64,000 nucleotides of DNA from Eledone cirrhosa. Its lineage: Eukaryota. A model generated the notes under the pieces. It saw only the letters and a program-made list of their open reading frames with translations, was not told where the DNA came from and searched no databases. The stretch's first letter is position 1; every line of letters begins with the position of its first letter. The DNA is taken from NCBI GenBank assembly GCA_964016885.1, contig OZ024741.1:345650001-345714000 (forward strand), written 5' to 3'. This document shows positions 51,902 through 64,000 of the stretch, piece by piece. Made by a program: the position numbers and the translations under genes.

Positions 51902-52000
51902 CATATATACATATACGTATATATATATATATATATCAGTATATAATTATACATATACACATATATGTATGTATAATCACAGTATAATATACACACATAC
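51350..52000. repeat. (CA)/(TA) compound microsatellite with internal duplication
   Basis: Direct inspection. Confidence 0.93.
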
Positions 52001-52529
52001 ACGCGATATTTGTGTTTATAAGCTCTTTTCCTTGTCTCTATACTCTTTATGATGCTGTGTGTAAGGTAGTATTTTCTAACTATTGTTGTATGTTGTATTG
52101 TAATTATCGGTGGCCGTGTTTATGTTGCTATGTGTACACGTGTTTGTGCGGTGTATGTATATATATATATATATATATATGTATATGAGTGTGTGTTTGT
52201 ATGTGTGTGTGTGTTTGCGTCTGATTGTATTTGCCAATCTTCGTGATGTTTGCAGGAATTTCGATTACTTAAATGTCTCTACAACATTTCGTGTAATGTC
52301 TGAAACGGCGAAGAAAATCGTGAAGGAAATCTTAAAAAAAGAGATGAGAAAAAATAACAACAAAATAACTAGAACCCCTCCTCGGAAAAAAAAAACGTAA
52401 AAAAAAATGAAAGGAAAAGACAAAAAAAAATAATACAAAGAAAACAACTATATAAGAATAGTCGCCTAAAGTACATTATTTACTTAAGAAATATATAGAA
52501 GTAACAGTAATATTATAATATTAATAATA

Positions 52530-52680
52530 ATGGTTTCTGATTTATGCACAAGGCCAGAAATGTTTTGGGGCGGGGGAAGTAGATTTAATTCGAACGCAGT
52601 GCGTTACTGGTACTATATTTTAACGACCCTCGTAAGTCAAAGCTAACGTCGGCGGGATTTGAACTCAAAACGTAACTCAA
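52530..52680 (-). mobile_element. Degenerate OR-type SINE
   Basis: GCACAAGGCCAG...TTACTGGTACT...GGCGGGATTTGAACTC. Confidence 0.7.
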
Positions 52681-52724
52681 TGCCACCCTATTATTATAGT
52701 AATAATGATAATAATAATTTTCAT

Positions 52725-55312
52725 ATTTTTTATTGGCCCTTAGGGCCGAACATAATTGACAATATAAAAACAGGTCCAGTGAGGGTTACATAAAACGTGT
52801 AAAAAGGAAAACACAAACAACAATAAATAACAGAATCCTTCAGTAGGTAGTGCCGTCCAGGGGTGATTGAGGAAGCCACCTAGATTTGAAAACACCCTAA
52901 TCGGCAAGAGAACCATAGGAAGATGCCCACTTTCCTCTCTGAACTCTGCAGCCGACAAGCGCATGCTCAGATTGAGGCGATTCACACGGGCCATCCTCAC
53001 TACATTCACCAAACTTTTAACAAATATACTGAGGTGGGGAGTGCAGTAATTCTTTCCTCACCCTCACCTTCCTTTCTAAGTGGAACACTTAAAAGGTCGA
53101 TGAGGGCTTGGCTTCAGTCTTTTCAGTCGCATCCAACACAAAATCTTTTTAGCTACAGCCACCAGAAACAGAAAATCTGCCTGCCCTTCTCGCTCAAAAG
53201 AAGGCGGAGTTGTGATCTTCAGGATAGAGTCTGCCAATAGCCGAATTTGTCCTACGCGACAATGGCCCTTCGATGAAACTCCACAAGACAGCAATATCTG
53301 TAAAGGGGACTTGTGTGTCCAGAACAGTTCATCGCTTTGAGGGCATCTCGTACAGCTCCGTCTTACAGTGCGTATATGCTTGTAGAATTTGTCACGAATA
53401 AACAGTGCTCCCACTTAGCACTGACAGACCTTGGATTGTTGGAGATTGTCCATAGTACTCAACTAGAAAGTTCTCCGGAAAAGACTGGTTACTTCGTTCT
53501 CATCGACGCTTTTGCCAACCTCTAGTCCTCTCTAGAACAATAGAGTGGAATTTCCACTGATGGCATTGTAACATTCTAGATGCCAGGCACCTATTTTCAG
53601 TCTTCTCTTGATCCACGACTGCAGCTCAGTCAAAGTGACGAGCTGAGGGACGACGTACCTCTAAAGAAGGGACCTCTTCTTCTCGTCTTTGCTCATCAGT
53701 TACAATGCCTACACTCACAGGGCTGGAAATCTCCCCCGAACTGCTGCCAGCTACAGTAGACTTCTCACGGACATCGTAGAACAATTTTGGCATATCTACT
53801 AAAATTCATAGTGTAGACCATCCTATTTGGGGCATTTGCAGGAATTCTCGTATCTCTGCTGCTCTTAACGGCTTTTTGCTGGACTCTGCATCAGTCACAG
53901 AGAGTTCCGATAGGCCATCAAGGTAGGAACTGTAGTCCTCACTAACCACCAGCTAATTTTGAAAAGTTGCAATAAATGCTACCGAAAAGCTGCACATATT
54001 TGCTTGGAATTGAGAGCACACGCCCGCGTCGGTCCATCAAAAACTAAGTTGTGGCTTTGTTGCTACGCTGCGCATCTGTCATTCGGGCCCATCGAACAGA
54101 TTTCGTTCTCTCCTTTCTTAGAGTAGGCACCTTCACTCAGACAATGCAACCTCCATGTTTGGTATTGGAGAAATGATCTAGTGCCATTCTCTCCACTATC
54201 ACGTCGGCTGCAATGCTACACCTAATCACCTCCTCTAATTTAGCTACTAAATTCCTCTCCTTTCTATTTTTTCTTATCCCTACTTCTTTACTAGATGCTA
54301 TTGATTATACTTTAATCACCCTCTTGACAGCACCCACCATCTTTTGTTGACGACTGCCCCGCTAAACCCGTGCTAATCCGGTCGCTGTGTGCTTTACACG
54401 CCAGAAACGAGGCGTTAAGCTTCCAGTAACAGGATGCTTGTTTACGTGTTCTTTTTAAGTCCACCTGCAGATCACGAATTCGTGGTTTGAATAGGCGACT
54501 GTTGGAAACTATGGACGCACTAAGCTATCCTTATCAGCTAACCAAATGAAAAACATCGAAATACAATGTAGATGACCTAAGAGCTTTCAGGAAATATTTC
54601 GGTACCTGTCAGACAGTTGGAACTGCCTAGTCAGGTTCTTGAGGATTTTGCACCCCCACCCCTTCAATCAGCTACTCCTACACAGTCACTGCAAGCGGCT
54701 AAGATACCGTTCATACCCCTCACTAACGGCAAAGGGCGAGACGTTCCTAGAAAGGGCTTCATATTTCTAAAGAAATCCGGTCGTCGTGCCCCAGTCGTAG
54801 ATGGCCACAAGGCTAAAAGCATCACCTCCGCTATTACTCTCATCCACGACCACCAACCTACCTTCCGGGTCAAAGAAGATCATCTGTACTCCGAGATCAA
54901 TGCCTTTTCTAAACAGCTTCCCATTCTAGGCCAACTAAAAGGTGCGTAGATCACAAAATTGCCAAAAATGGAGGCTAGTGTGCTTGTGTCAGACATCCTG
55001 ATTTCGCTGACGGTTGTGACATCCATAGCTAGTGACCTGAGGTCGAAGAGCAAGAGACCTTGTTTTCAGGACGACCCCAACCTACTCTGAAAATCGCCAT
55101 GCTGGCGGGAAAGAGCTACGAGAGAAAGAAGGGTGGGTTACCTAAACTACGGTTGCTGTTGGAGATCGGGCGGTTCGATCTCCATATCTAGTTGGGCATC
55201 CTTTGAAGTCCCCTTGACAAGCCTAATCGTGGCTTTTACATATGGGGTTCCTACATTGTGGGAGAAGTTCTCCTTGATGTTTCTGTGATTTTCTTGTGAC
55301 ATACGTACCATC

Positions 55313-55385
<73 letters not shown>

Positions 55386-56050
55386 GCGTGTGCGTGTGTG
55401 TGTGTGTGTAGTAGGGCTGTGCTGGTAGAGCTGGTTGCGTTAACAGGTAGGCGCTTTTGTAGATGCCTCTGTATTTGTGGGTGTGTTTTCCGTGTTTTCT
55501 ATTTTCTGGTGTGTGAGGCAAGATGTTATTTTGTGGTTCTATCTCATCTTAATTTCAAGATGACGAGGTACCGTTTCTGCTATGGTAGAAAGTGTGTTTG
55601 TGTTTGAGTGAGTGTCTATGTGTGTGTTTGTGTTTAGAGGAGACGGAGAGTGAGGGAAAGAGAGAGGGAGTCTTCGTTAGGAGACCATCTAGGTGTTTTT
55701 GACGATATCTGTTGTTGGTGTTTCTGCTATTGTTGTTGGTGTTATTGTTGGTGTTGCTGTTGTTTCTGGTGTTTGTAATGTTGCGGTTGTTGCTTTTGCT
55801 GTTCATTTCACTGCTGTTACCAAGGTTGGTGCCACTGTTGTTGTTGTTCACCATTGGTCTTGTTCTTGTAGTTGTAGCTTTTGGCATCCTATTGTTGGTA
55901 GGTAAGGGGTCCTATGGTTCGCTCTCTTCTGTTGAATGCAGAAAGCTCACAAGTGACCAGTTTTTCCATACAGATGGTAACGCGGTCTTCTGCCCTTAAC
56001 CATAACTTGCTGGTCCACCCCTTCCGCGAGGCGAATAACGCCTGGTAACT
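52725..56050 (-). mobile_element. Heavily decayed, internally deleted L1/Tx1-type LINE
   Basis: Remnants RDKFYKH..CTRCPQSDE (C-terminus), RPDFFRNMKPFLGTSR (APE) and MEIEPPDLQ (ORF1 end); 3' AATAAA next to (AAT)n. Confidence 0.8.
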
Positions 56051-56146
56051 TGTGGATATCATCTGGCTTTATGTAGAGTAGTACCTCCACAATGATCCCA
56101 AAGCATTTTGACCGACGCTCTAAGGTCGCTGTTAATTCGAAAAGTA

Positions 56147-56545
56147 ATAATTATTCCTACTTTTCGCACAAGGCCAGCAATTATCACAGTGCATTACTGG
56201 TACTTTATTTTATCGACCCCGTAAGGTTGAAAGGCAAATTTAAACTTGGCGGGATTTGAACTCAGACAGTAAAGGGCCGCAACTCTATGCTGCAAAGCAT
56301 GGCGTCCTACCCCCTACTGATACTGCCAATCCAAAAGTAATAATGGTTTCTGATTGAGGCACAAGGCCAATAATTATTGGGGAAGGGAAAGTCGATCATA
56401 TCGACCCCAGTGCGTTACTGGTACTTTATTTTATCGACCCCGTAAGGATAAAAAGCAAAGCTAACCTCGGTGAGATTTGAACCCAGAGTGCAAAAGGCCG
56501 TAACGAAATGATTCAAAGCATTTAGTCGACGCCCTGACGTGTTTG
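56147..56545 (-). mobile_element. Two tandem OR-type/Nin-domain SINEs
   Basis: 56147-56335 and 56340-56545 both carry TTTATCGACCCCGTAAGG and box B. Confidence 0.82.
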
Positions 56546-57001
56546 TAATAATAAAAGTATCCCCCAAATCCATGTTTTACGTATATACTCAGCATACAGA
56601 AAATAGTAATGCGCGTCATCACACACATTACATATAATACTTTCAATACAATAGACACAAATAAACACAAATCAAATCACTTCATCTACCCAGTGCTTAC
56701 ATTCCTGTGAAAGTAAGGAATAAAAATGATAAAATCCTACTTTACTTCTAGAATATCTTAAGAATAACTGGCTCCTCACTATATTTACTGATATTGATAA
56801 AAGTGATTATAATTTATCACCTTGTAGTGGAACCGGAAGATTTCAATATTCATTACGAAACATGAATTCTAAGTAAATTCTCGTAACCCATCTCTTCCAT
56901 CATCAAATATGTACACGCGTTCTAACACCCACGCATGCAGAATCATACACACACACACACCAAAAGCTCATATTACACACACACACACACACGCACGCAC
57001 G

Positions 57002-57091
<90 letters not shown>

Positions 57092-57232
57092 GGGATATTT
57101 TTATATACTTGTACACACATTTATAAATATAGACGTAAAAATATATCCAGAATATATTTTATATATTCAAATCGTCTATATGTTAAATGATTCAGATTAG
57201 TAATTGAAAATGACTATTTTCACATTCTAATG

Positions 57233-57284
<52 letters not shown>

Positions 57285-59187
57285 ATACTTGGGTAGGGTC
57301 ATATTGTTGTAATAATATTGTCTGAAATAATAACAGAACACACTCACTGTTTGGTTGGTTTTCGCTTCTGCATCTTTTATGGAAAAATGTGTGGAAATAA
57401 TCAGTGAGGGCGAAGTGGAGTTCTGCGACGTCAACACAGATGAACTAGGCCTCCTACTTAGACTTACTTATGACACCGAGTACCTAGATAACCATGACCT
57501 TAGCTGTTTCTTCCCCAGTAGACCCATAAGAGGTAGACCCCCCCCACCATAACCTGAATGACTAAAAAGACTCCCATGGGAAGATGGAATGGATGGACCA
57601 AAGCCATACGGACACCCCAAAACAATGATCAGGTGAGAAAAATGGTCGCGCATGCAACAGGGGCTAGTATTAAAACTACTCTAAAGGGTCTCATATGTTT
57701 AAATTCAATGAAAAGTTCTTCACCAGAATGAGGGAGCAGCCACTGGCGTCGGCATAGCTGATGTCGCCAATGTATGGTGGGAAAGGAGACTCTAAGATCT
57801 CCTTGAAGAGAACTCCAAAGACCTCGTCATGTACTCTCGTTACGTAGACGATATTAATATAGTAATAAGAACACCCCCACAAGAGAGTACTAATGAACAT
57901 GATTTAGAATATAGCACAGTGGAAAGCATCCAGAAGATAGCTAACTCCATACACCAGAGTATAACTGTGACTGTTGACTACCTTTCCAAACACCCTAACA
58001 ATAGACTACCTGTATTAGACACGGAACTCTGGCCATGGCCTTCAAATACCTGATACTCAAAAGCTCAGCAATGTCCAGTAGTGTTAAGTTTAATATTCTG
58101 ATTGCAGACTTGGTACGAGTGATGAAGAACGTGTCCCGCATGTGCGACCCAACTGAAATGGAAAGACACATCCAACACTTCATCAACCGCATGCAGTTCT
58201 CTGGCTACAACCAAAGAGACAGAATCAGAGTATACAAAGAAGCCACGGAGAAGTATACCCTCATAGAAATGGACATCAAAGGAATTTGCCCATTATACAG
58301 GAGCAAATCATGGAACAGCTTAGATAGGACTAAACTTAAGATAGGGAAAGCCATCTCATGGTACGACAACCAGAGATACCAGATTGTCATGTTCGTGGAT
58401 GCTACCCCTGGGAGGAAATTAGCTAACCAATGTAGAAAGGCCCTAAGAAAGACCCACTTAAAGATTAAAATGGTAGAAAAGCCAGGAACTACCATAAAAT
58501 CCCTGATCAGCAAAACATACCCCTTTAAGAAAACCCACTGTATCAATAAGAAATGTGTTATATGTAAAGTGAACCCTCAGATAAAATGTAAAACTAGAAA
58601 TGTAGTCTATAGGATAAGATGTAGAGAGGGTACTTGCAGAAACATGACAACGACATACATAGGCGAGACAGCTCGAAGCATAGGAGAAAGAATAGACCAA
58701 CACTGGGGGGAATTAAAAGACAAAAAAAAGGTTCAGTACTATACGAACACGCCAGACAAAGATATGACGGTAATATAGACAACATATAAATTAAAATAAT
58801 ATTTAAACATAGAAATGAACCAACAGGTAGGCAAATCAGAGAAACGAGCGAAATAGAGCTTAGAAAACCAAAGTTAAACAGAAAAAACGAATGGAATAAC
58901 AGCAACAACCATACCCAAACAAAAATACTGACTTAAGGGAAATATAAATAAATAAATAAATATATACACAAGTACAATAACAACAAACACATATCAACAC
59001 ATACTAGTAAACAAAGATAGAATACAAAAACATAAACACATACACTCAAACGGGAACACTCACACCAAACATACGCAAACGCATGCGCAGAGACGGAGAC
59101 AAGAAAAAATAAATAAAAAAATAAAATAAAATAAAAATGGCGTAGACATTACAATACAATACAATGGGAGGAAAAATAATAGTACCA

Positions 59188-60260
59188 CTGATGATGTTGT
59201 TGTTGTTGTTGATTCACCTCAGGCGCCTGAGGATCCTCCTCAGAAGCGCTAGAGATTCGACTGCGAGACGGACTAATTCCTCTAAGGATGTGCCGAGTTG
59301 GTGATGGTATCTCTCGATCGCCAATGTAGGGCATCGTAGCCAGAGGTGTTCAGACTCCTGCTCTTCACCGCAGAGTCTGCAAGTGCTGTCTTCACATTTG
59401 TCAGTCAGTAGCTGCCACCTGCGAAGTGCTGGATGGTGCCCACTTCTGAAGCGGATAAGGTGGGTGAGATCAGCCTTGTCTATAGCGTTTTAGACTCTCT
59501 CGTCCGGCGGTTTGCTGAAGGTTTGGATATTTCTCTCGTGGGTGAAGGGTGCTGGTCTACACTCCCTTTTGATGAGAGCTTGTCTCGTGGCATGTTCAGC
59601 AGGAGTGTTAGGTTGTGGAAGTGAGGAGTCCTGCTTTGCGAGTTTGTCTGCTAGTTCATTCCCTTGTAGATTACAATGACCAGGGACCCATGCAACAGTT
59701 AGGTTTTTTGTCTTCTCCGAGGTTGTTAACTGCTGTTAAGTGGGATCTTTGGGGGAAGAGTTGTTGATTGCCTGAACTAGAGATTTACAGTCGCAGATGA
59801 TGGTCGCCGAAGTCCATTTTGCGTTATTGGTTTGTAAGCAGTGGATGGCTTCTCTAAACGCAGCTTTTTCTGAGTGAAAGGAGCTACTTCTAGCGCCTGT
59901 TGCTGTACGCCACTCGTGGACGACCTCACCATCTTTCATGATGACCATACCAGCTCCGCCATCGGTAGTACCTTCTTTTGTAGACCCATCGGTATAGATT
60001 TGAACATCTGACGGGGTGAGGGTTGATATGGCTGCCGTCAGTTGTTGGTTTGCGTTTTGGGACTTTGAGGTATTGGTGTAGATTACATGTATGGGGGGGG
60101 GGGGGGGGGTTAGCCACGAGGGAGGTTCTGGGTCTTTGGGCAGGGGTGTCGGGTGGGTAAGATGTAGTCGTGCCAGGTGCTGGGATTGGGTGCCTCTCCA
60201 GTCTGTCTCTTTGAGCCTTTTTCGGCAGCTGGTATTGAAAACTACCAGTTGCCGAAAAAG
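59188..60260 (-). mobile_element. 3' fragment of an RNase H-containing I-group LINE (Ingi/Nimb-like) with (CAA)n tail
   Basis: IYTDGS, HSEKAA, ICDCKS and WVPGHCNLQGNELADKLAK (RNase H); CRLCGEEQESEHLWLRC; CAA repeats at 59195-59210. Confidence 0.85.
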
Positions 60261-60273
60261 GCTAAAAAAGAGA

Positions 60274-60308
60274 CTGATGATGTTGCAAATGTGCAACGAA
60301 AGAACTTT
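60274..60308 (+). ncRNA. Hammerhead motif, stem I disrupted; same family as 4610-4654
   Basis: CTGATGA-T-GTTGCA aatg TGCAAC-GAAA gaac TT. Confidence 0.6.
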
Positions 60309-60604
60309 GTTAGACTATATATATATATATTTATATCTGTATTTTTAACCGATGGTCTGTCAATGATAAACATTGATTGCCAAATAAATTAACTCTGAAG
60401 ATATAAAATATGTAGAAGCGAAAACCAACCAAACAGTGAGTATGTTTTGTTATTATTTCTGGCAATATTATTACAATAAATATGACCCTCCCCAAGTATA
60501 ACAATATTTGTTTCGACACACGATTTCATATAAAAAACCTTGCAAAACATATATATATATTATATATATATATATATTATATATATATATATATTATATA
60601 TATA

Positions 60605-60677
<73 letters not shown>

Positions 60678-60947
60678 AGAGAGAGAGGGAGAGAGAGAGA
60701 GGAGGAGAGAGATAGAGATAATAATAATTCGAGTATGTGTTGGTTAATTACCGAAATAGCAAAGGTAAACTTTAATCCATCATTATGTTTTTCTGTTTTT
60801 TTCTGTTTTTTTTTCTGTTCAAATTCTAGCTGTCTGATGAAGTCATCACTGTTATATAACAGTTACCACCGACATATACATAACAGCGACTATGAATAAT
60901 CGAAGGCAATTGTTGACTTACACTTCTTTGTTATATATATATATATA

Positions 60948-61023
60948 CAGAGTGTCCCAACAAATGTATATACACTTTGATCAGAATGGTGTTGGAGTGT
61001 ATACACATTTTTTGGACACCCTG
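60948..61023. mobile_element. 76-bp Tc1/mariner-type MITE
   Basis: TIRs CAG(A/G)GTGTCC(C/A)A..AATGT.TATACACT flanked by TA. Confidence 0.75.
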
Positions 61024-61819
61024 TATATATATATATATATGTATGTAAAAGGTAAACAGAAATAACAACACAATCGGTACAGTATATGGAAGGTATATAT
61101 TAGGTTAACGCTTGATATAGCAGGAAGAGAGTCTTAATATATATAAATATATATCTATATATACATATATATATCAATGAAATATGAAGCTCAAATATTC
61201 CATTAATGCTGCGTAAATACACAATACGTATTTCCATGGCCGGCAGGCTTACTTTATCAGATCATGACGCAAGACATTTGACGACGTCAAATTAACTTTA
61301 TGCTAAATTTCATGCTGATATAAGAAACTAAATAATCAAGTTTGTGATAAAAAAAATGTAATTCATTGCAAACATAGCTAGAAATAATTATTAGATTAAG
61401 AAAAACAAAAATATAACCAAAATTAGTAGTCAACGTCTATCGGCTTTTAATTACCGGCATGTACAACACAAGACACGTTAACGCCTTAGCAGATAAACTA
61501 GGTAGTGATGTAAGTATAACTACGTAAATTTATAGAAATATGCCATAAATATTTAATAGGTATTGAATCTAGGTCCTTTTCAGTCTTTGATTCTTGATCA
61601 AATAAAACAAAATAAAACATTTTATCACATTCGGCAAAAGGAAGAAAAGATGTAGCGATATAGCCACCTTTGACTGGTATAAATAAAAAATAAAGATGCT
61701 TTGAAAAATATGAAATATTTTCCCTAATAACAACAGTAGATAGAAACAAATAATAACAACAGTAGATAGAAACAAATAATATACTCACTCTATTATGCTT
61801 GCACGCCTTAACCCCCAGG

Positions 61820-61965
61820 TTAGCTGCGAAATGGTAGGAATAGTAACAACGTCGGATAATATGCTTTAGGTTATTTGTCCCGACCCCGTGCTCTGAGTTC
61901 AAATTCCACCGAGATTAACTTTGCCTTTCAAGGTCGATAAAAAAGTATCAGTTGAATACTGCGGT
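61820..61965 (+). mobile_element. Degenerate OR-type SINE; another copy at 62820-62970
   Basis: CTGAGTTCAAATTCC...AACTTTGCCTTTCA..GTCGATAAAA. Confidence 0.7.
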
Positions 61966-63339
61966 CAGCTTTTCCTCCATTTTATACTTCCTTTCCATCA
62001 CTCACTCTCTGTAAAAAATCGATTATGTTCAGACAGGGTGAGGAGATGAGTTTCACCAGGTTTAAAAAATGCTTAGGAAACACCGTTTGACAAAACGGTG
62101 CCTGTACGCATCTAGAAAGAGTTACGAATCCAAACATACAATCCTCACGCTTGTTCAAAGTGATTTTCATCTTTTTAAACATATACCTGATGCTTACCTG
62201 GAGAAGAAACAATCTATGTTTTTTTCAAGAACATAATATTTTCGGAGACAATATGTCTACTATCGCTTTATATGACTTTCTATAAACAATGATGTATTTG
62301 CAATAAGTATGAATTTAGAAAACCATCCCCTACTATGAATTCTGGATTCATTCATGAAATTTGTAACGGTGTTTCAGGATATTTTGTTTTTCATTGTTTG
62401 TAGTGAAATACTTCTTTAAGTAAGCAATGTCGCAATTTTTAGTTTTGAAACAATGTAATTTCATGTTTTATATTCGGTTCATATTTCTTGGAATGATGGA
62501 CTATCCTATTGTGATGAAACGTGTAATTTATATAGTTATTAATGGAACGTCATTGTATGAATTTGCAAAGCTTTATCTTCTTCTGAGGGAGCCATCGAGT
62601 CTAAAATAAACACAGAGTTCCCACTATCTAATTGCATTAATAAGCAACAAAACAATAACAAGGAATATCTTAAGGAGAAAGAAGTTTGTAAACAAATGAT
62701 TAAAAAATCGATGTTAACGAAGACAATTTAGTTAACACGAATAAAGGAATACTTATAAAAAGAAAACACTTGTTGAAAAAATAAATCATATGACCGTAAT
62801 GATTTAATTATGGGTGTCGAATTGGCAAAGATGTTTGCGTGTTGGATAGAATGCCTTGTCATACTCGATCCGGCTCTCTGCGCTCTGAGTACAAATCCCG
62901 CTGAGGTCAACTTTGCATTTCATCCGTTCGTGCTCGATAAATAAAATAACAGTTCAGTACCGGGGTCGATTTTTTCTCCGTGTATTTCATACAATGAGTC
63001 TCTAGTTCTTCCTCCGGAAAATACGTAATCAGCTGTTGTATCTGGAAAAATATAGATTCCGCCAGGTTTAGGTGGACAAAACACGCCATATGGGGGACTC
63101 AAAGAAGGAAGGGACGAATACTTTCATTACCACGAGCAATCTTGATTTCTACATCTAAATTTTTATCATTTCCATTTTGTACAGAAATTGTACAGAAATA
63201 TATGAATGTACTTATTTCTCTCTCCCCTTTTCTTTCTCCCGTTTTTCTATTTCTACCTCTTCGTCTTCTCTCATTCTTTCCTCATTTCTCTCCTCACATA
63301 TACATAATTGTGTGTGTGTCCGTGTGAGTGTGTGTCTCC

Positions 63340-63412
<73 letters not shown>

Positions 63413-63557
63413 TATGTGTAGGGGTGTGTAAAATATGAGACCATGACATAAAAATATAAATTAAATGTTTGAAATATGCCGATGTCGATTGCTCCATTGA
63501 AATGATTATTTGGAAGTGTTAAAAAACTAAAAGAGACATTTACCACCCCCACCCCTC

Positions 63558-63602
<45 letters not shown>

Positions 63603-64000
63603 TTACCAATTAACAGGAACAGCAAAATGTTGGGTTTAGTAGAAGTTTAAGATAACCTTTAAAAAATAGGTTTTTCGAAAAGTGCCCATTAAGCCCTGGC
63701 GTGGATTATCTGCAGGCTTTTCTCTGTGAGTAAAAAGAAACAAACGATTATCTCAGTATTGAAACCCGTCAGATTTGGGGTAGTCAGACCTAGTTCTAGA
63801 AAGAATAGTAGCTTATAACTAATTATAATTTGCTGTCATTTGTACAGAACAAAATTGGTTTGTCTAATTTAAAATCGAGTGCAAGCGCTGGTAACGTGCA
63901 TCAATTAACAAATAGAAGCAGAAAAACAGCATCTGGTTAAATAGGAGTAAGGTAAACATTCGAAGTGTAGAGGTGAGTGTCCTAGTGGTTACGGTGTTGG

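Larger units (their letters stand above)
57278..60506 (+). mobile_element. Decayed PLE (RT + GIY-YIG) with inverted terminal pseudo-LTRs, interrupted by a LINE
   Basis: YSRYVDD, LPVLD, CKTRNVVYRIRC...YIGETARS; 57278-57368 is inverse to 60415-60506; hammerhead motif at 60274-60308. Confidence 0.87.

Noticed and set aside
61982-63102. Short ORFs and splice-like signals as possible host exons
   Set aside because: No recognisable protein similarity or consistent exon structure; needs RNA-seq or BLAST.

Overview
AT-rich, microsatellite-saturated eukaryotic (animal) DNA with no recognisable host gene. The abundant tRNA-derived SINE resembles the octopus OR-type/Nin-domain SINEs, so an octopod cephalopod is likely (inference). 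The window is a mosaic of transposons: (i) at least six Penelope-like retroelement (PLE; RT + GIY-YIG) copies or fragments from several families; (ii) one full-length and three partial L1/Tx1-type LINEs; (iii) an RNase H-bearing I-group LINE fragment; (iv) an internally deleted mariner, MITEs and SINEs; (v) a head-to-head non-autonomous Helitron-like complex carrying a ~27-bp satellite. Most short ORFs in the track are (TA)n/(CA)n artefacts. Main findings: two diverged PLE copies (8.3-12.8 kb on +, 41.9-46.2 kb on -) share a two-ORF layout joined by an in-frame T-TTT-TTA -1 slippery site, and both end in a hammerhead-ribozyme-like motif with a covarying U3-A8 core. About 20 hammerhead-like motifs from several families occur in the window, including a ~440-bp tandem retrozyme-like repeat. 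All structures were read by eye, not computed.
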